Origin: Candidatus Parcubacteria bacterium
Lineage (GTDB): Bacteria > Patescibacteriota > Patescibacteriia > Patescibacteriales > UBA12075
DNA: 64,000 bases
Assembly (NCBI GenBank): GCA_002869165.1
Contig: PKTK01000001.1
Location: forward strand, 251,362-315,361
Direction: 5' to 3'
Position numbers and translations under genes: made by a program. Below, one piece after another: positions 26,767 through 36,348 of the stretch (position 1 is the stretch's first letter; each line of letters begins with the position of its first letter). The notes beneath the pieces are model-generated. The model ran no database searches and was not told the DNA's origin. It was given only the letters and a program-made list of their open reading frames with translations.

Positions 26767-28431
26767 ATGTTTAAAGAGAAGCATTTTAGCCAAGAACCAA
26801 CAAGCGAAAAAAGAGAATCTAAGACCGAAATGTGTAAAGTGATAGACGATAGAATTGATGAATTATTATCAGAAAGAAAAAAATTATATGAAAAATTAAA
26901 TTCTATTAATTTTACCCACTGCTTTAGCGCTTTGCTGGATAATGAGATTATAAGTGATGATATTATAAATGATATTACAGAGGAGTGGTTGAATGTGGTG
27001 AAAAGTGAAACATGTTTTTTGGATTCACTTGACAGTCTTGGCATAGAAATCTTTAAGGATGACTTAACAGATCAGCCCAACTTTGACGAAACCATACTCT
27101 GGGGCTCTGATCTTAATTTTGAAGTTAGGCGCCCTGGTAGCAATTTGTCCTTAGGTGGATTTGCAAGAAGAGGGGATATGGATGATGAGGTACCAACTAT
27201 TGAAATTGCGACTGAAAAACCAGATTTACGATCTCAGTTATTATATTTAGCTCAAGAAGGGGCACTTCATCCTACAGTTAAAACATATATTCATGAGTTG
27301 ATTCATAGGGTTCACACCAGGGAAAATAGTTCTGTGTCAAGCGAACTTACAGAGGCGCATGCGTGGTTTTCAGGCATTATTGATCAGGGTGTAAAATTTA
27401 GTTTATTGGAGAAGGTTAACCATTTAGCCTCAGACGATGGATATGGATTTGACAGAGAAAAAGCCAATAGAGCACTCAAGGCTGTTTCTTCTTTGTCAGC
27501 TATGGGTGTGTCAGAAAAGAAAATTGCTGAGCTAGTAATTGGTTCTAAATACGATAAAGAAGAAGAGAAATATTTGCCATTAGAAGCAGAGGTTCATTCC
27601 ATGGCTGATGAACTTGGTGTGGATGAGCTCGATATACAGGCGCTTGAAGATATTTACAAAATAAACGCAAGTAACCAATTGCTAAAGGCAAGAATTTCTT
27701 TAATAGAAGGATTAACCAAAAAACTCACAAGAGAGGGAATCATTGAATCCAAAAAAGTTCATTCAAAGAAAAATTTAACTACATTACCATACTATGAAAT
27801 AGGCGGGAGTAAGCTACCTGGAAACATGTTTAGTCAAAATGTTATTGTTCTTGATAATGAAGAGTTTCCATACGATCCAATAGGCGAAAGACATGGGGTT
27901 GTTTTTGGCCGTTTTTTAAATGAAAAAGAGAGTAAACTCGAATACAATATTGGGCGTACATTAATTGATAGTGAAGGCGTTGTTAGTCTTGATATGTCCT
28001 CTAACAGTGAAGATGTAGAATATTATATGAATATTGTTCGAGAGAATTCTTCCAATATCAACAAAGAGAGTAAAGCTGTGTTTTTAAATAATTGTATAAA
28101 TATTTTTCCGGAGTTAGGAAGATTGGGAGAGGAAACACTTTCAAATGTCATAACAAAAAAAGATATAGAAGAGATTGTCACTTTTGACTTTATAGAAAAA
28201 AAGCTTAGTTCACTTTTCCTTTCTTTAAAATCAGTGTCTTCAAATAATTTACTACAAAAAGATAGGAGTGATGGAGCGGAAACGGGTAAATATTTAATGG
28301 ATAATATTGAAAAATTCCTAAATTTTTATAATATAAAAGTCGCAGATATTTATCCTCAGATAGATTTAATGAAAGAACTAATAAATAGGAAGATTGAGGC
28401 TCTAGAAGATAGAGACAAATTGAGCCATTGA
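26767..28431 (+). CDS. hypothetical protein with HExxH motif (HELIHRVH)
   Basis: 554-aa ORF; no other recognisable domain. Confidence 0.55.
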   Translation: MFKEKHFSQEPTSEKRESKTEMCKVIDDRIDELLSERKKLYEKLNSINFTHCFSALLDNEIISDDIINDITEEWLNVVKSETCFLDSLDSLGIEIFKDDLTDQPNFDETILWGSDLNFEVRRPGSNLSLGGFARRGDMDDEVPTIEIATEKPDLRSQLLYLAQEGALHPTVKTYIHELIHRVHTRENSSVSSELTEAHAWFSGIIDQGVKFSLLEKVNHLASDDGYGFDREKANRALKAVSSLSAMGVSEKKIAELVIGSKYDKEEEKYLPLEAEVHSMADELGVDELDIQALEDIYKINASNQLLKARISLIEGLTKKLTREGIIESKKVHSKKNLTTLPYYEIGGSKLPGNMFSQNVIVLDNEEFPYDPIGERHGVVFGRFLNEKESKLEYNIGRTLIDSEGVVSLDMSSNSEDVEYYMNIVRENSSNINKESKAVFLNNCINIFPELGRLGEETLSNVITKKDIEEIVTFDFIEKKLSSLFLSLKSVSSNNLLQKDRSDGAETGKYLMDNIEKFLNFYNIKVADIYPQIDLMKELINRKIEALEDRDKLSH

Positions 28432-28464
28432 GCTTTGTATTTTATATAAAAATTAAGATAATAG

Positions 28465-28490
28465 GTTCCCACTTCGTTCAAGGTGGCGAG
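28465..28490 (+). repeat. 26-nt motif, copy 3
   Basis: GTTCCCACTTCGTTCAAGGTGGCGAG. Confidence 0.75.
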
Positions 28491-28496
28491 CCTTAA

Positions 28497-28540
28497 CAGA
28501 AAAAGAAATATATATTTAAATATATATTTCTTTTTCTGTT
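28497..28540. repeat. 44-bp perfect palindrome (AACAGAAAAAGAAATATATATTT|AAATATATATTTCTTTTTCTGTT)
   Basis: Direct reading; centred on TTTAAA; could act as a bidirectional terminator or a recombination site. Confidence 0.8.
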
Positions 28541-28720
28541 ATAATAAAATATTTAGAATCTATCCCCCCCCATTATTACTAAAAGTGGCAATTCAAGACT
28601 TGACCACGATATAATATTATTTATTATCAATATTTGCTATAATAATAAATGTTGAATTAATTAACGTTATTATATTAACGAATTTATATTTTTATTAACA
28701 AGTCAATATTATTAAAGATT

Positions 28721-29047
28721 ATGGAAAATAAAAAAACATCCTTTCCCAACTTAAGTCCTATTGGAAAATTTATTATTAAATCATTTTTATTATCATTGTT
28801 ATTGGTTTTGTTGACCCCATTTTTAAAATCATTTTTACCTAGTAATACTGTTTTTATTATTTGGTCTTTGTTTTATTTGTTGTATTATACATTCCCGATA
28901 TTGTTTTTATTAATACTTATAGTAGTAATTACAAAAAAACAAGTCAAAAAGTTTTTTTATATTCTTTGCTTTTTTGTTTTAGTGTTATTGCAGTGGGCTG
29001 TGATTATTGGTTTTTTAAGTGACTATATAAATTTTTTTGTGGTATAA
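28721..29047 (+). CDS. small integral membrane protein
   Basis: 108 aa, three hydrophobic helices. Confidence 0.4.
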   Translation: MENKKTSFPNLSPIGKFIIKSFLLSLLLVLLTPFLKSFLPSNTVFIIWSLFYLLYYTFPILFLLILIVVITKKQVKKFFYILCFFVLVLLQWAVIIGFLSDYINFFVV

Positions 29048-29234
29048 ATTATAAATTTTTTTGATATTGTTTAAATTAAAATTATTTTTTCAGCTTTGTT
29101 TGAGAATTGAGATCTAAAATAACATTTTTAGTTCTGAATAATTTGGTTTAGATTTTTTTATTTGACTAAACATATTAAAATTTGCTAAAAATAATATACT
29201 AAATATAATTTGTTCTTTTAAAAAAGGGGGAAAA

Positions 29235-29471
29235 ATGGAGAGAAGATGTGTGCATTTTGCTGAAGCCATGCATATGCAGGAGGTTACTGATATTTTAGAA
29301 AGATATTTTAAGGCAGAAAAGTTTAAGTATGGGTCTTATTCTTTAGTTGATTTGGCTCTAGCAGATAAATTTCCTCAGGTTTTTGCAAGTGAAGATGAGA
29401 TAGTGAAAAATGGTTTAAAAATCGCTAGCAGTAACCCATGTAACACATACGTTATTTTTTTCTTTAGCTAA
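29235..29471 (+). CDS. hypothetical protein
   Basis: 78-aa ORF with GGGGG-type RBS. Confidence 0.3.
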   Translation: MERRCVHFAEAMHMQEVTDILERYFKAEKFKYGSYSLVDLALADKFPQVFASEDEIVKNGLKIASSNPCNTYVIFFFS

Positions 29472-29559
29472 TTTTTTATAAAGCTATCAAATAATTGGTA
29501 GCTTTTATTTTTTAAAAATAATCTTTACTTAAAAACTATATTTTTGCTATAATTAAACA

Positions 29560-30801
29560 ATGAAATACGATTTAATAGTTATTGGAGCAGGCCCTGCTGG
29601 GCTTATGACTGCTGGAAGAGCGGGCGAATTAGGCGCCCGTGTTCTTTTGCTTGAAAAAAATCCTAGTCCAGGGCTTAAACTTTTAATAACAGGTAAAGGT
29701 AGATGTAATATTTCAAATAATACTTTTGAATCTAGAGAGATGATAAAGCAATATGGTCAGAACGGAGCATTTCTGTTCTCAGCCTTGCATCAGTTTAGTG
29801 TAGCCGAAACAGTGGATTTTTTTGAATCTAGAGGACTAAAAACCAAAGTGGAAAGGGGAAATAGGATTTTCCCAGTTAGTGATAAGTCTCAAGACGTTTT
29901 AGCTACACTTTTGAAATATTGTCAGGACAATAATGTGGAGATTAGAACGAATGTGAGTGTAAAAGAAATTAAAAAAGAAAGTAATAAAATATCTTCTATT
30001 GTATTGCATGGAGATACAGAATTATCAGCTTATAAGTATTGTATTGCCACGGGCGGAAAATCTTACCCAGCTACAGGTTCTAGCGGAGACGCCTATATTT
30101 GGTTAGAGGGTCTTGGTCATAGTATTGTGAGACCTAGACCTGCTCTTACGCCAATAAATTGTCAGGAAAGTTTTTTGGAAAAGTTAGAGGGTTTGAGCTT
30201 AAAGAACATAGAAATTAGTTTATGGGAGAATGACAAAAAACAAGCAAGTGAGTTTGGTGAGGCAATATTTACAGCCAGTGGTATGAGCGGACCAGTTATT
30301 TTAAATTTGAGTAACCATATTGCAAATCGTAATAGTAGCTATGAACTTCAGGTTGATTGGAAGCCAGCGTTAGACAGAGAAATTCTTGATAAAAGAATTC
30401 AGAATGATTTTCGAAAATTTAATAACAAACAATTCAAAAATTCTTTAGATGAGCTTTTACCAAAAAGTGCTATTCCAGTATTTTTGGAATTATTAAAGGT
30501 AGATATTAACAAACAAGTTAATCTAGTAACTCGTGAAGAAAGAAATAGATTGATTGATCTACTAAAAGAATTTAAGCTTAAAGTGTCATGGGTACACGGT
30601 TTTGAAAAGGCAATCATAACTCGCGGGGGAGTGAATGTGAAAGAAGTTGATCCAAAGACCATGCAATCTAAAATTATTGATAATTTATACTTAGCTGGAG
30701 AAGTTTTGGATGTGGATGGCCCTACTGGTGGTTATAATTTACAAATTTGTTGGAGCAGTGGGTATGTAGCTGGCTCTAATATTGGCCAAAATATTGAATA
30801 A
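29560..30801 (+). CDS. HI0933/YhiN-like FAD-dependent oxidoreductase (aminoacetone oxidase family)
   Basis: 413 aa; N-terminal DLIVIGAGPAGLMTA Rossmann dinucleotide motif; TGKGRCN and C-terminal GYNLQICWSSG typical of the family. Confidence 0.8.
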   Translation: MKYDLIVIGAGPAGLMTAGRAGELGARVLLLEKNPSPGLKLLITGKGRCNISNNTFESREMIKQYGQNGAFLFSALHQFSVAETVDFFESRGLKTKVERGNRIFPVSDKSQDVLATLLKYCQDNNVEIRTNVSVKEIKKESNKISSIVLHGDTELSAYKYCIATGGKSYPATGSSGDAYIWLEGLGHSIVRPRPALTPINCQESFLEKLEGLSLKNIEISLWENDKKQASEFGEAIFTASGMSGPVILNLSNHIANRNSSYELQVDWKPALDREILDKRIQNDFRKFNNKQFKNSLDELLPKSAIPVFLELLKVDINKQVNLVTREERNRLIDLLKEFKLKVSWVHGFEKAIITRGGVNVKEVDPKTMQSKIIDNLYLAGEVLDVDGPTGGYNLQICWSSGYVAGSNIGQNIE

Positions 30802-30850
30802 TTTTTTAGATAGTGTTAAAATATAATTAGTTATTTATTAATATAAAAAA

Positions 30851-31417
30851 ATGAACAAAAATAAAATTTTAGCATTAGCTTTGTTTTTTGGAATAATTTT
30901 ATCTGCTTGCAGTCAGACTTCAAGCAATGAAAATATTACCAGTGAAGCAAGTAACAAAAAAAGCAATGAATCTACTCAAGTCGCAAACCCAGCTTCGGTT
31001 AATTGTGAGGAGAATGGGGGGTATTTGGATATAAGAGAAGGCGTAAATGGTGAAGTGGGTATGTGTGTGTTTGAAGATGGTTCTGAGTGTGAGGAATGGG
31101 CATTTTTTAGAGGGGAGTGCATGAAAGGAAAGACTGAGAAGATAAAAAAAGAAGATGTAAAAGAAGTCATTCAGGAAACACAAGATTTTTCAACAGCTTC
31201 TTGTTATGAGGACTGTGTTAGAGCTGAAAAAGATACTGATGGAGTGGTTACTGAAAAAGAATGTCAAGGTATATGTGATAATGCATTAATAGAATGTGAA
31301 AAAATGATAAATGATGGTACAACCACAAAAGACCTATTTGAACTATGTATGGATGGAGTACTTATAAAAACAATCAAAGAAAAACATCCTGACTTGGATA
31401 CTATTTTTAAAAATTAA
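30851..31417 (+). CDS. lipoprotein with DUF333 (putative hemolysin-like) domain
   Basis: Signal peptide with LSAC lipobox; CEENGGY...GMCVFEDGSECEEWAFFRGEC matches the DUF333 Cys pattern. Confidence 0.65.
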   Translation: MNKNKILALALFFGIILSACSQTSSNENITSEASNKKSNESTQVANPASVNCEENGGYLDIREGVNGEVGMCVFEDGSECEEWAFFRGECMKGKTEKIKKEDVKEVIQETQDFSTASCYEDCVRAEKDTDGVVTEKECQGICDNALIECEKMINDGTTTKDLFELCMDGVLIKTIKEKHPDLDTIFKN

Positions 31418-31427
31418 TAATAAAAAA

Positions 31428-31706
31428 ATGAAAAAAATTGTTTCATTATCAATTATTTTGTGTTTTACTTTTGCTTTAAGCGCATGCGGAAACAAAAGTG
31501 ATGATGTCGTAGATGATTTTAACAATCAAATTTACGGTAACATGAATGATAAGCAAAAGGCTCAACTCGAAAGAATGCAGGAAGCTGGTATGGCTCCAGC
31601 CGACCTTTCTGATGTGCCGGCTCCACCAGAGAATCCTGAGGATTGGGAGCCAAATGAGGATGGACTTGATGACACAAATGAATGCGCTGGCGCTTTTTGC
31701 GAATAA
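31428..31706 (+). CDS. small acidic lipoprotein
   Basis: LSAC lipobox; 92 aa. Confidence 0.5.
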   Translation: MKKIVSLSIILCFTFALSACGNKSDDVVDDFNNQIYGNMNDKQKAQLERMQEAGMAPADLSDVPAPPENPEDWEPNEDGLDDTNECAGAFCE

Positions 31707-31726
31707 TTAATTATTAAATTAAAAAA

Positions 31727-32275
31727 ATGAAAAGATTTCTATTATTTAATTCTCTAGTTTTAATGATTTCCCTTAGTGCTTGTAGTGGAGGAGGAAGCTC
31801 AAGTCAAACTTCTTCTGATGGTGATAATTTTACAGAGGATACTTGTTATAATCAATGTGAAGAATGGGGAGGCGGAGATGAAAATGTGGCAATGTGTAAA
31901 GAAAATTGTGACGCTTCCTTTGATGAATCTAGCGTTTGGAATGATGATGAAGAACAATATAATGAAGATATAACTAAAGCTGAATGGCCAAGCGATATGC
32001 CAGAAGTTGTTCCCAGCTTTTCTTATGGAAAAATAAGTGGAGCAGAAACTGGTATGGGATCATGGATTGTGGACTTTGAAGATGTTACTGATGATGCTCT
32101 GAGTAACTATACTCAAGACTTAAAAGATGCTGGTTGGAATGCAAGTGCTATAGAACTCACAGGTATGATTACTGGCTCATATGATAATGGAAATGAAGCT
32201 GAAGATTATACTGTAAATGTTAACATGGATAGAGAAATGAAAGTAGCTCAAATAATGATTAGAAAGAAAAAATAG
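31727..32275 (+). CDS. Cys-rich acidic lipoprotein
   Basis: LSAC lipobox; CYNQCEEWGGGDENVAMCKENC. Confidence 0.5.
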   Translation: MKRFLLFNSLVLMISLSACSGGGSSSQTSSDGDNFTEDTCYNQCEEWGGGDENVAMCKENCDASFDESSVWNDDEEQYNEDITKAEWPSDMPEVVPSFSYGKISGAETGMGSWIVDFEDVTDDALSNYTQDLKDAGWNASAIELTGMITGSYDNGNEAEDYTVNVNMDREMKVAQIMIRKKK

Positions 32276-32276
32276 T

Positions 32277-32942
32277 ATGACAAATAATCCTTTTGTAATT
32301 GATTTGGGTTCTATAGGAGATGCTATGAAGAATATGCAGAATGCATATTCTGAAGGATTAACTGCCATGAATCAATCTGGTGAAATGCAAAAAGAGGAAA
32401 TAAACCCAAGTCATAAAATTATAATAAACACAAAATCTCAAGCCAAGGTTGAAGGTCATGATTATTTAGTTGATGTTGGTTTAGAATTTTTGATTGATTT
32501 GGATTCTATTCTTTCGGCTCAAGGCGGGGATATTGCTTCACTTCTTGGCGGACTAGGAGTTGATTTGAGTGATGAGGAGACAGGTCAGGTTGCAGAACAA
32601 CTTGGAAAACCAAGATGTGTGGGTTATTTAGATAATTTTAAAATTAATAAAGCAAAACTCAAAAGCTCCAAAGGAGATGTCGAAAAGGTGATAAACAAAA
32701 AAGGAAGCATACTTGCGAGCCTTGATGCAGAAAAAATAAGATTTTCTTTTGAAAGCGTATTTGCTTTACCAGAGCTACAGGCAAAAGAAACAGTCTATAT
32801 GGCAATTCCAGATATTCAAAAGATGCAAGAAAATGTAGTGATTGATAAAAATAATTTAGAAAAAAAACATAAATTTTCTTGGCAGGAAAAAGATAAGGAT
32901 AATTTAAAAATTAGCGGAGATATTCAAATAAAGAAAATATAG
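32277..32942 (+). CDS. hypothetical protein
   Basis: 221-aa ORF. Confidence 0.45.
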   Translation: MTNNPFVIDLGSIGDAMKNMQNAYSEGLTAMNQSGEMQKEEINPSHKIIINTKSQAKVEGHDYLVDVGLEFLIDLDSILSAQGGDIASLLGGLGVDLSDEETGQVAEQLGKPRCVGYLDNFKINKAKLKSSKGDVEKVINKKGSILASLDAEKIRFSFESVFALPELQAKETVYMAIPDIQKMQENVVIDKNNLEKKHKFSWQEKDKDNLKISGDIQIKKI

Positions 32943-32949
32943 ACATAAT

Positions 32950-32985
32950 AAAAAGCACTTTTTCTAAAAAAGTGCTTTTTATTAT
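32950..32985. terminator. bidirectional terminator between convergent genes
   Basis: AAAAAGCACTTTTTCTAAAAAAGTGCTTTTT hairpin flanked by A and T runs. Confidence 0.6.
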
Positions 32986-32995
32986 TTTATATATT

Positions 32996-34792
32996 TTATT
33001 CTTTTCTTTTAGCTCTTTGGTCTCTTATGCGATCTTGTTCTTTTAGTTTTTGTTTTCGGAGTCTGATATTATTGGGAGTAATCTCTAGGTATTCATCTTC
33101 ACTCATGATGCTCATACCTCGTTCAAGTGAGAGCTCAGTTGGGGGAGTGAGGCGAATAGCTTCATCAGATCCTGAGGCGCGTACATTGGTGAGTTGTTTT
33201 CCTTTGGTTGGATTTACTGTCAAATCATCACCTTTGCTTACATTGCCAATTACCATACCTTCATAAACCTCGGTAGTAGCTCCGATATAGAGAACACCTC
33301 TGTCTTGAAGATTGTAAAGCGAAAATCCCAGAGCTTTACCTGTAGCCATTGATGTCATAGAACCAACATCATGTTTTTCAATATTACCTGCGTATGGTTT
33401 GAAACCAATAACTCTGGTATAGATTATACCCTCGCCACGTGTATCAACTACAAATTCGTTGCGATAGCCAAGTAGACCTCTGGTAGGTATTTCAAATATT
33501 ATTTTAGTATTACCGTGTTCTGGTTTCATTTCAAGCATTGTTCCTTTTCTTTTGGATAGTTTTTCAATTACAGTGCCTGACATTTCCTCAGGTACATTTA
33601 TAGTTACTTCTTCAAAAGGTTCAGATTTGACACCGTCTACATCCTTGATAATAACATGTGGTTGAGAGATTTGGAGTTCAAAGCCTTCTCGTCTCATGTT
33701 TTCAAGTAGAATAGCAATGTGCATTTCACCTCTACCATACACTTTGTAGTGATCTGTGCCTGAGAAGTCAATCTTGAGACCTACATTTACTTCTAGTTCT
33801 TTTTTTAGTCTTTCCTTGAGCTGAGAATTAGTTACAAACTTGCCATCACGACCAGCAAAGGGAGAACTGTTGACTAGGAAATTTAGCGAGATGGTAGGCT
33901 CGTCAATATTAATAGCTGGGAGTAGTTCTTGATCTGAATTTTCACAAATAGTTTCACCTATAAATATATTTGGTAGTCCCGCAGTCATAACGATATCTCC
34001 GGCTTCTGCTTCATCAACCTCTTTTCTGTTTAGACCTTCGAAAGTAAAAAGCTTGGTAATTTTTCCACTGCGTTCACCATCTTTGGTTTTTATGATTACG
34101 TTTTGGGACTTTTTTATTTTACCTTCATAGATTCTACCCACTGATAATCTGCCTAAAAAATTGTCATATGCTAAGTTAAATGGTTGTAATAGTAAAGATT
34201 TTTCGCTAGCCTCTGGTTTTGATGCCACTGGAACAAGCTCTAGAACAGTATCAAGAATTGGGCTTAGGTCTTTGGCCTCGTCTTTCATTTTTTTCTTGGC
34301 TAGGCCTTGCTTGGCAATTGCATATAGAGTAGTGAAATCAAGTTGTTCATCATTAGCTCCTAGATCTAGGAATAATTCATATACCATTTCCTCAACTTCA
34401 TCTGGTCTAGCTGCTGGTTTGTCAATTTTGTTTATAATAACAATTGGCTTGAGCCCTAGATCTAGAGATTTTTTCAAAACAAATTTAGTTTGAGGCATTG
34501 GTCCTTCTTGAGCATCCACAATCAAAAGAACCGAGTCGATAGATCTAAGAACTCGTTCAACTTCAGAACCAAAATCAGCATGTCCAGGAGTATCAACTAT
34601 ATTGATCTTAGTGCCTTTATAATTTACTGAGGTGTTTTTTGAATAAATTGTGATACCTCGCTCTTGCTCTAGAGAATTCGAATCCATGCTTACTCCTTCT
34701 TCAGCCATGCCGGTTTGTTGCATCAGGGCATCGGTTAATGTGGTTTTACCATGGTCAACATGAGCAATAATCGCAATATTTCTGATTTCCAT
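32996..34792 (-). CDS. typA: translational GTPase TypA/BipA
   Basis: 598 aa; [14 protein letters not shown]1 motif, [13 protein letters not shown]; EF-G-like domain order. Confidence 0.92.
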   Translation of the reverse strand: MEIRNIAIIAHVDHGKTTLTDALMQQTGMAEEGVSMDSNSLEQERGITIYSKNTSVNYKGTKINIVDTPGHADFGSEVERVLRSIDSVLLIVDAQEGPMPQTKFVLKKSLDLGLKPIVIINKIDKPAARPDEVEEMVYELFLDLGANDEQLDFTTLYAIAKQGLAKKKMKDEAKDLSPILDTVLELVPVASKPEASEKSLLLQPFNLAYDNFLGRLSVGRIYEGKIKKSQNVIIKTKDGERSGKITKLFTFEGLNRKEVDEAEAGDIVMTAGLPNIFIGETICENSDQELLPAINIDEPTISLNFLVNSSPFAGRDGKFVTNSQLKERLKKELEVNVGLKIDFSGTDHYKVYGRGEMHIAILLENMRREGFELQISQPHVIIKDVDGVKSEPFEEVTINVPEEMSGTVIEKLSKRKGTMLEMKPEHGNTKIIFEIPTRGLLGYRNEFVVDTRGEGIIYTRVIGFKPYAGNIEKHDVGSMTSMATGKALGFSLYNLQDRGVLYIGATTEVYEGMVIGNVSKGDDLTVNPTKGKQLTNVRASGSDEAIRLTPPTELSLERGMSIMSEDEYLEITPNNIRLRKQKLKEQDRIRDQRAKRKE

Positions 34793-34810
34793 ATTTATAA
34801 ATAATTATAT

Positions 34811-34858
34811 TTCCAGACGTTCGACATCTGGAAAAGATCAGATGTCGAACGTCTGGAA
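34811..34858. promoter_or_regulatory. 20-bp perfect inverted repeat with 8-nt loop immediately upstream of the typA start
   Basis: TTCCAGACGTTCGACATCTG gaaaagat CAGATGTCGAACGTCTGGAA; begins 19 nt upstream of the typA ATG on its mRNA. Confidence 0.5.
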
Positions 34859-35047
34859 AATTAAAAAATAAAACCGCCTTTTAAAGCACTTATTTTGCTT
34901 TTTGGGCGGGCTAATAAGTTATTCTTATATATATTATTAATACTATAAATTTTGTTTTTAGTCAAGAGGGTAGTTATTGACAAAAATAAAAAAAATTGTT
35001 AATTTAAAACATTGATTTTGACCTTTTAAACTCAAGGAGAAAGATAA

Positions 35048-35410
35048 ATGGAAGCGGAAAAGATGAAAACCAGAGAAGCAGGTATTAGTATTCTAAAGAG
35101 ATCTGTTTCAGTTAAGGAAATAGAAAAAACATTAAAAGAAGAGCCAACATTAGTTTTTAAAAAATTGTTAAACATTGAAAGGAGAAGGGTGAGAATAATA
35201 GTTCCTTGCTTTTATTGTGGAACAAGGAATATTTATACTATCAAGTCAGTTTCGCGAGAAAGCATAGGTTCTTTTTTTGTAGCAACATGTGGTAGCTGTA
35301 CAACACGTTTTGGTGAAAGAGATGAAGTAAATAGAACAAGTTTTACTTTAACAGATGAGATGTTCAATTCAGGTAAAAAAATTCTTTTTTCAGGTAATAA
35401 AAATGAATAA
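35048..35410 (+). CDS. hypothetical protein with zinc-ribbon (CFYCGTRN...CGSCTTRF)
   Basis: 120 aa; AAGGAGA RBS. Confidence 0.45.
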   Translation: MEAEKMKTREAGISILKRSVSVKEIEKTLKEEPTLVFKKLLNIERRRVRIIVPCFYCGTRNIYTIKSVSRESIGSFFVATCGSCTTRFGERDEVNRTSFTLTDEMFNSGKKILFSGNKNE

Positions 35411-35517
35411 GATCATTGACGAATTGTAGGGGCTCGCATTATTTTTAATGTGGGTCCTTTTTTGCTTGTGATTATGTTATAATAATATTAGGTTTAATTA
35501 AGTCTAAATAAAAAATT

Positions 35518-36273
35518 ATGAAAAAAGTGATTTTAGTAATTTTTGTGTTTTCCTGTTTTATTGTTCCATTTTCAAGCCTGCAGGCAGGAGGATGTTTGGT
35601 AGATCCAATCTATAAGCGGAACAACACTGGTGAACCAAAGATAGGCCTTTATTTGCGTGACATTCCATGTATGGAAGGTTCAGAGATTTTAAAAGTTTTA
35701 CCCGCCTCTGAAGAAATAGAGCTGATAGCATATACAGATGGTTGGTATAAAGTCAAAGATAAGACTGGAGCAATAGGCTGGGCAGGCTCTTCACTTATAA
35801 ATGAAACTAGTCAGAACACGGCCAGTGGTAAGTATGGTAGCGAATATTTTAGGCTGGGAGTAAATAAGGGGGTAGATGAAGCAGAAAGAAAAAGAATGCT
35901 AGCACGAACAAAAGGTTATATTCTTTTACAAGTAGAATCAAAAGGGGAGGCTTGGTACGTGGATCCCGAAACTGAGCAGAGATACTACATGAGAGATGGT
36001 TTTGCCGCTTTTGAAATAATGAGAAATTTTGGCCTTGGTATTAGCAATGAAAATTTAGCCAAGTTACAGAATGGTGATGAAGCCTTGAAGAATAGATTGA
36101 TAGGTAAAATTGTTTTGCAGATAGAGGAAAATGGTGAAGCATTTTATATATCACCACAAGACAGAGGAGTTCATTATTTGCAAAATGGAGCCGAGGCATA
36201 TCGGATAATGCGGGAACAGGGACTGGGAATTACTAATACCGACCTAAGTGCTTTGAGTGAAGGGAGTTTGTAG
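35518..36273 (+). CDS. secreted protein with SH3b-like domain and an internal duplicated about 40-aa module
   Basis: Signal peptide; YTDGWYKVKDKTGAIGWAGSS (SH3b-like); repeats GEAWYVDPETEQRYYMRDGFAAFEIMRNFGLGISNENLAKL and GEAFYISPQDRGVHYLQNGAEAYRIMREQGLGITNTDLSAL. Confidence 0.5.
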   Translation: MKKVILVIFVFSCFIVPFSSLQAGGCLVDPIYKRNNTGEPKIGLYLRDIPCMEGSEILKVLPASEEIELIAYTDGWYKVKDKTGAIGWAGSSLINETSQNTASGKYGSEYFRLGVNKGVDEAERKRMLARTKGYILLQVESKGEAWYVDPETEQRYYMRDGFAAFEIMRNFGLGISNENLAKLQNGDEALKNRLIGKIVLQIEENGEAFYISPQDRGVHYLQNGAEAYRIMREQGLGITNTDLSALSEGSL

Positions 36274-36348
36274 GTTTTTGACAAGTTGAGAAAAATAGGA
36301 TAAATTATCATACAATTTGATCCTTTACAAATTTCCGGAGGTAGATAA

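Noticed and set aside
21189-29500. Search for an integrase, recombinase or transposase gene that could explain the tRNA-Gln island
   Set aside because: No ORF in this interval shows tyrosine-recombinase (R..H..R..Y), serine-recombinase or DDE-transposase motifs. The island is reported as integrase-less rather than annotating a speculative recombinase.
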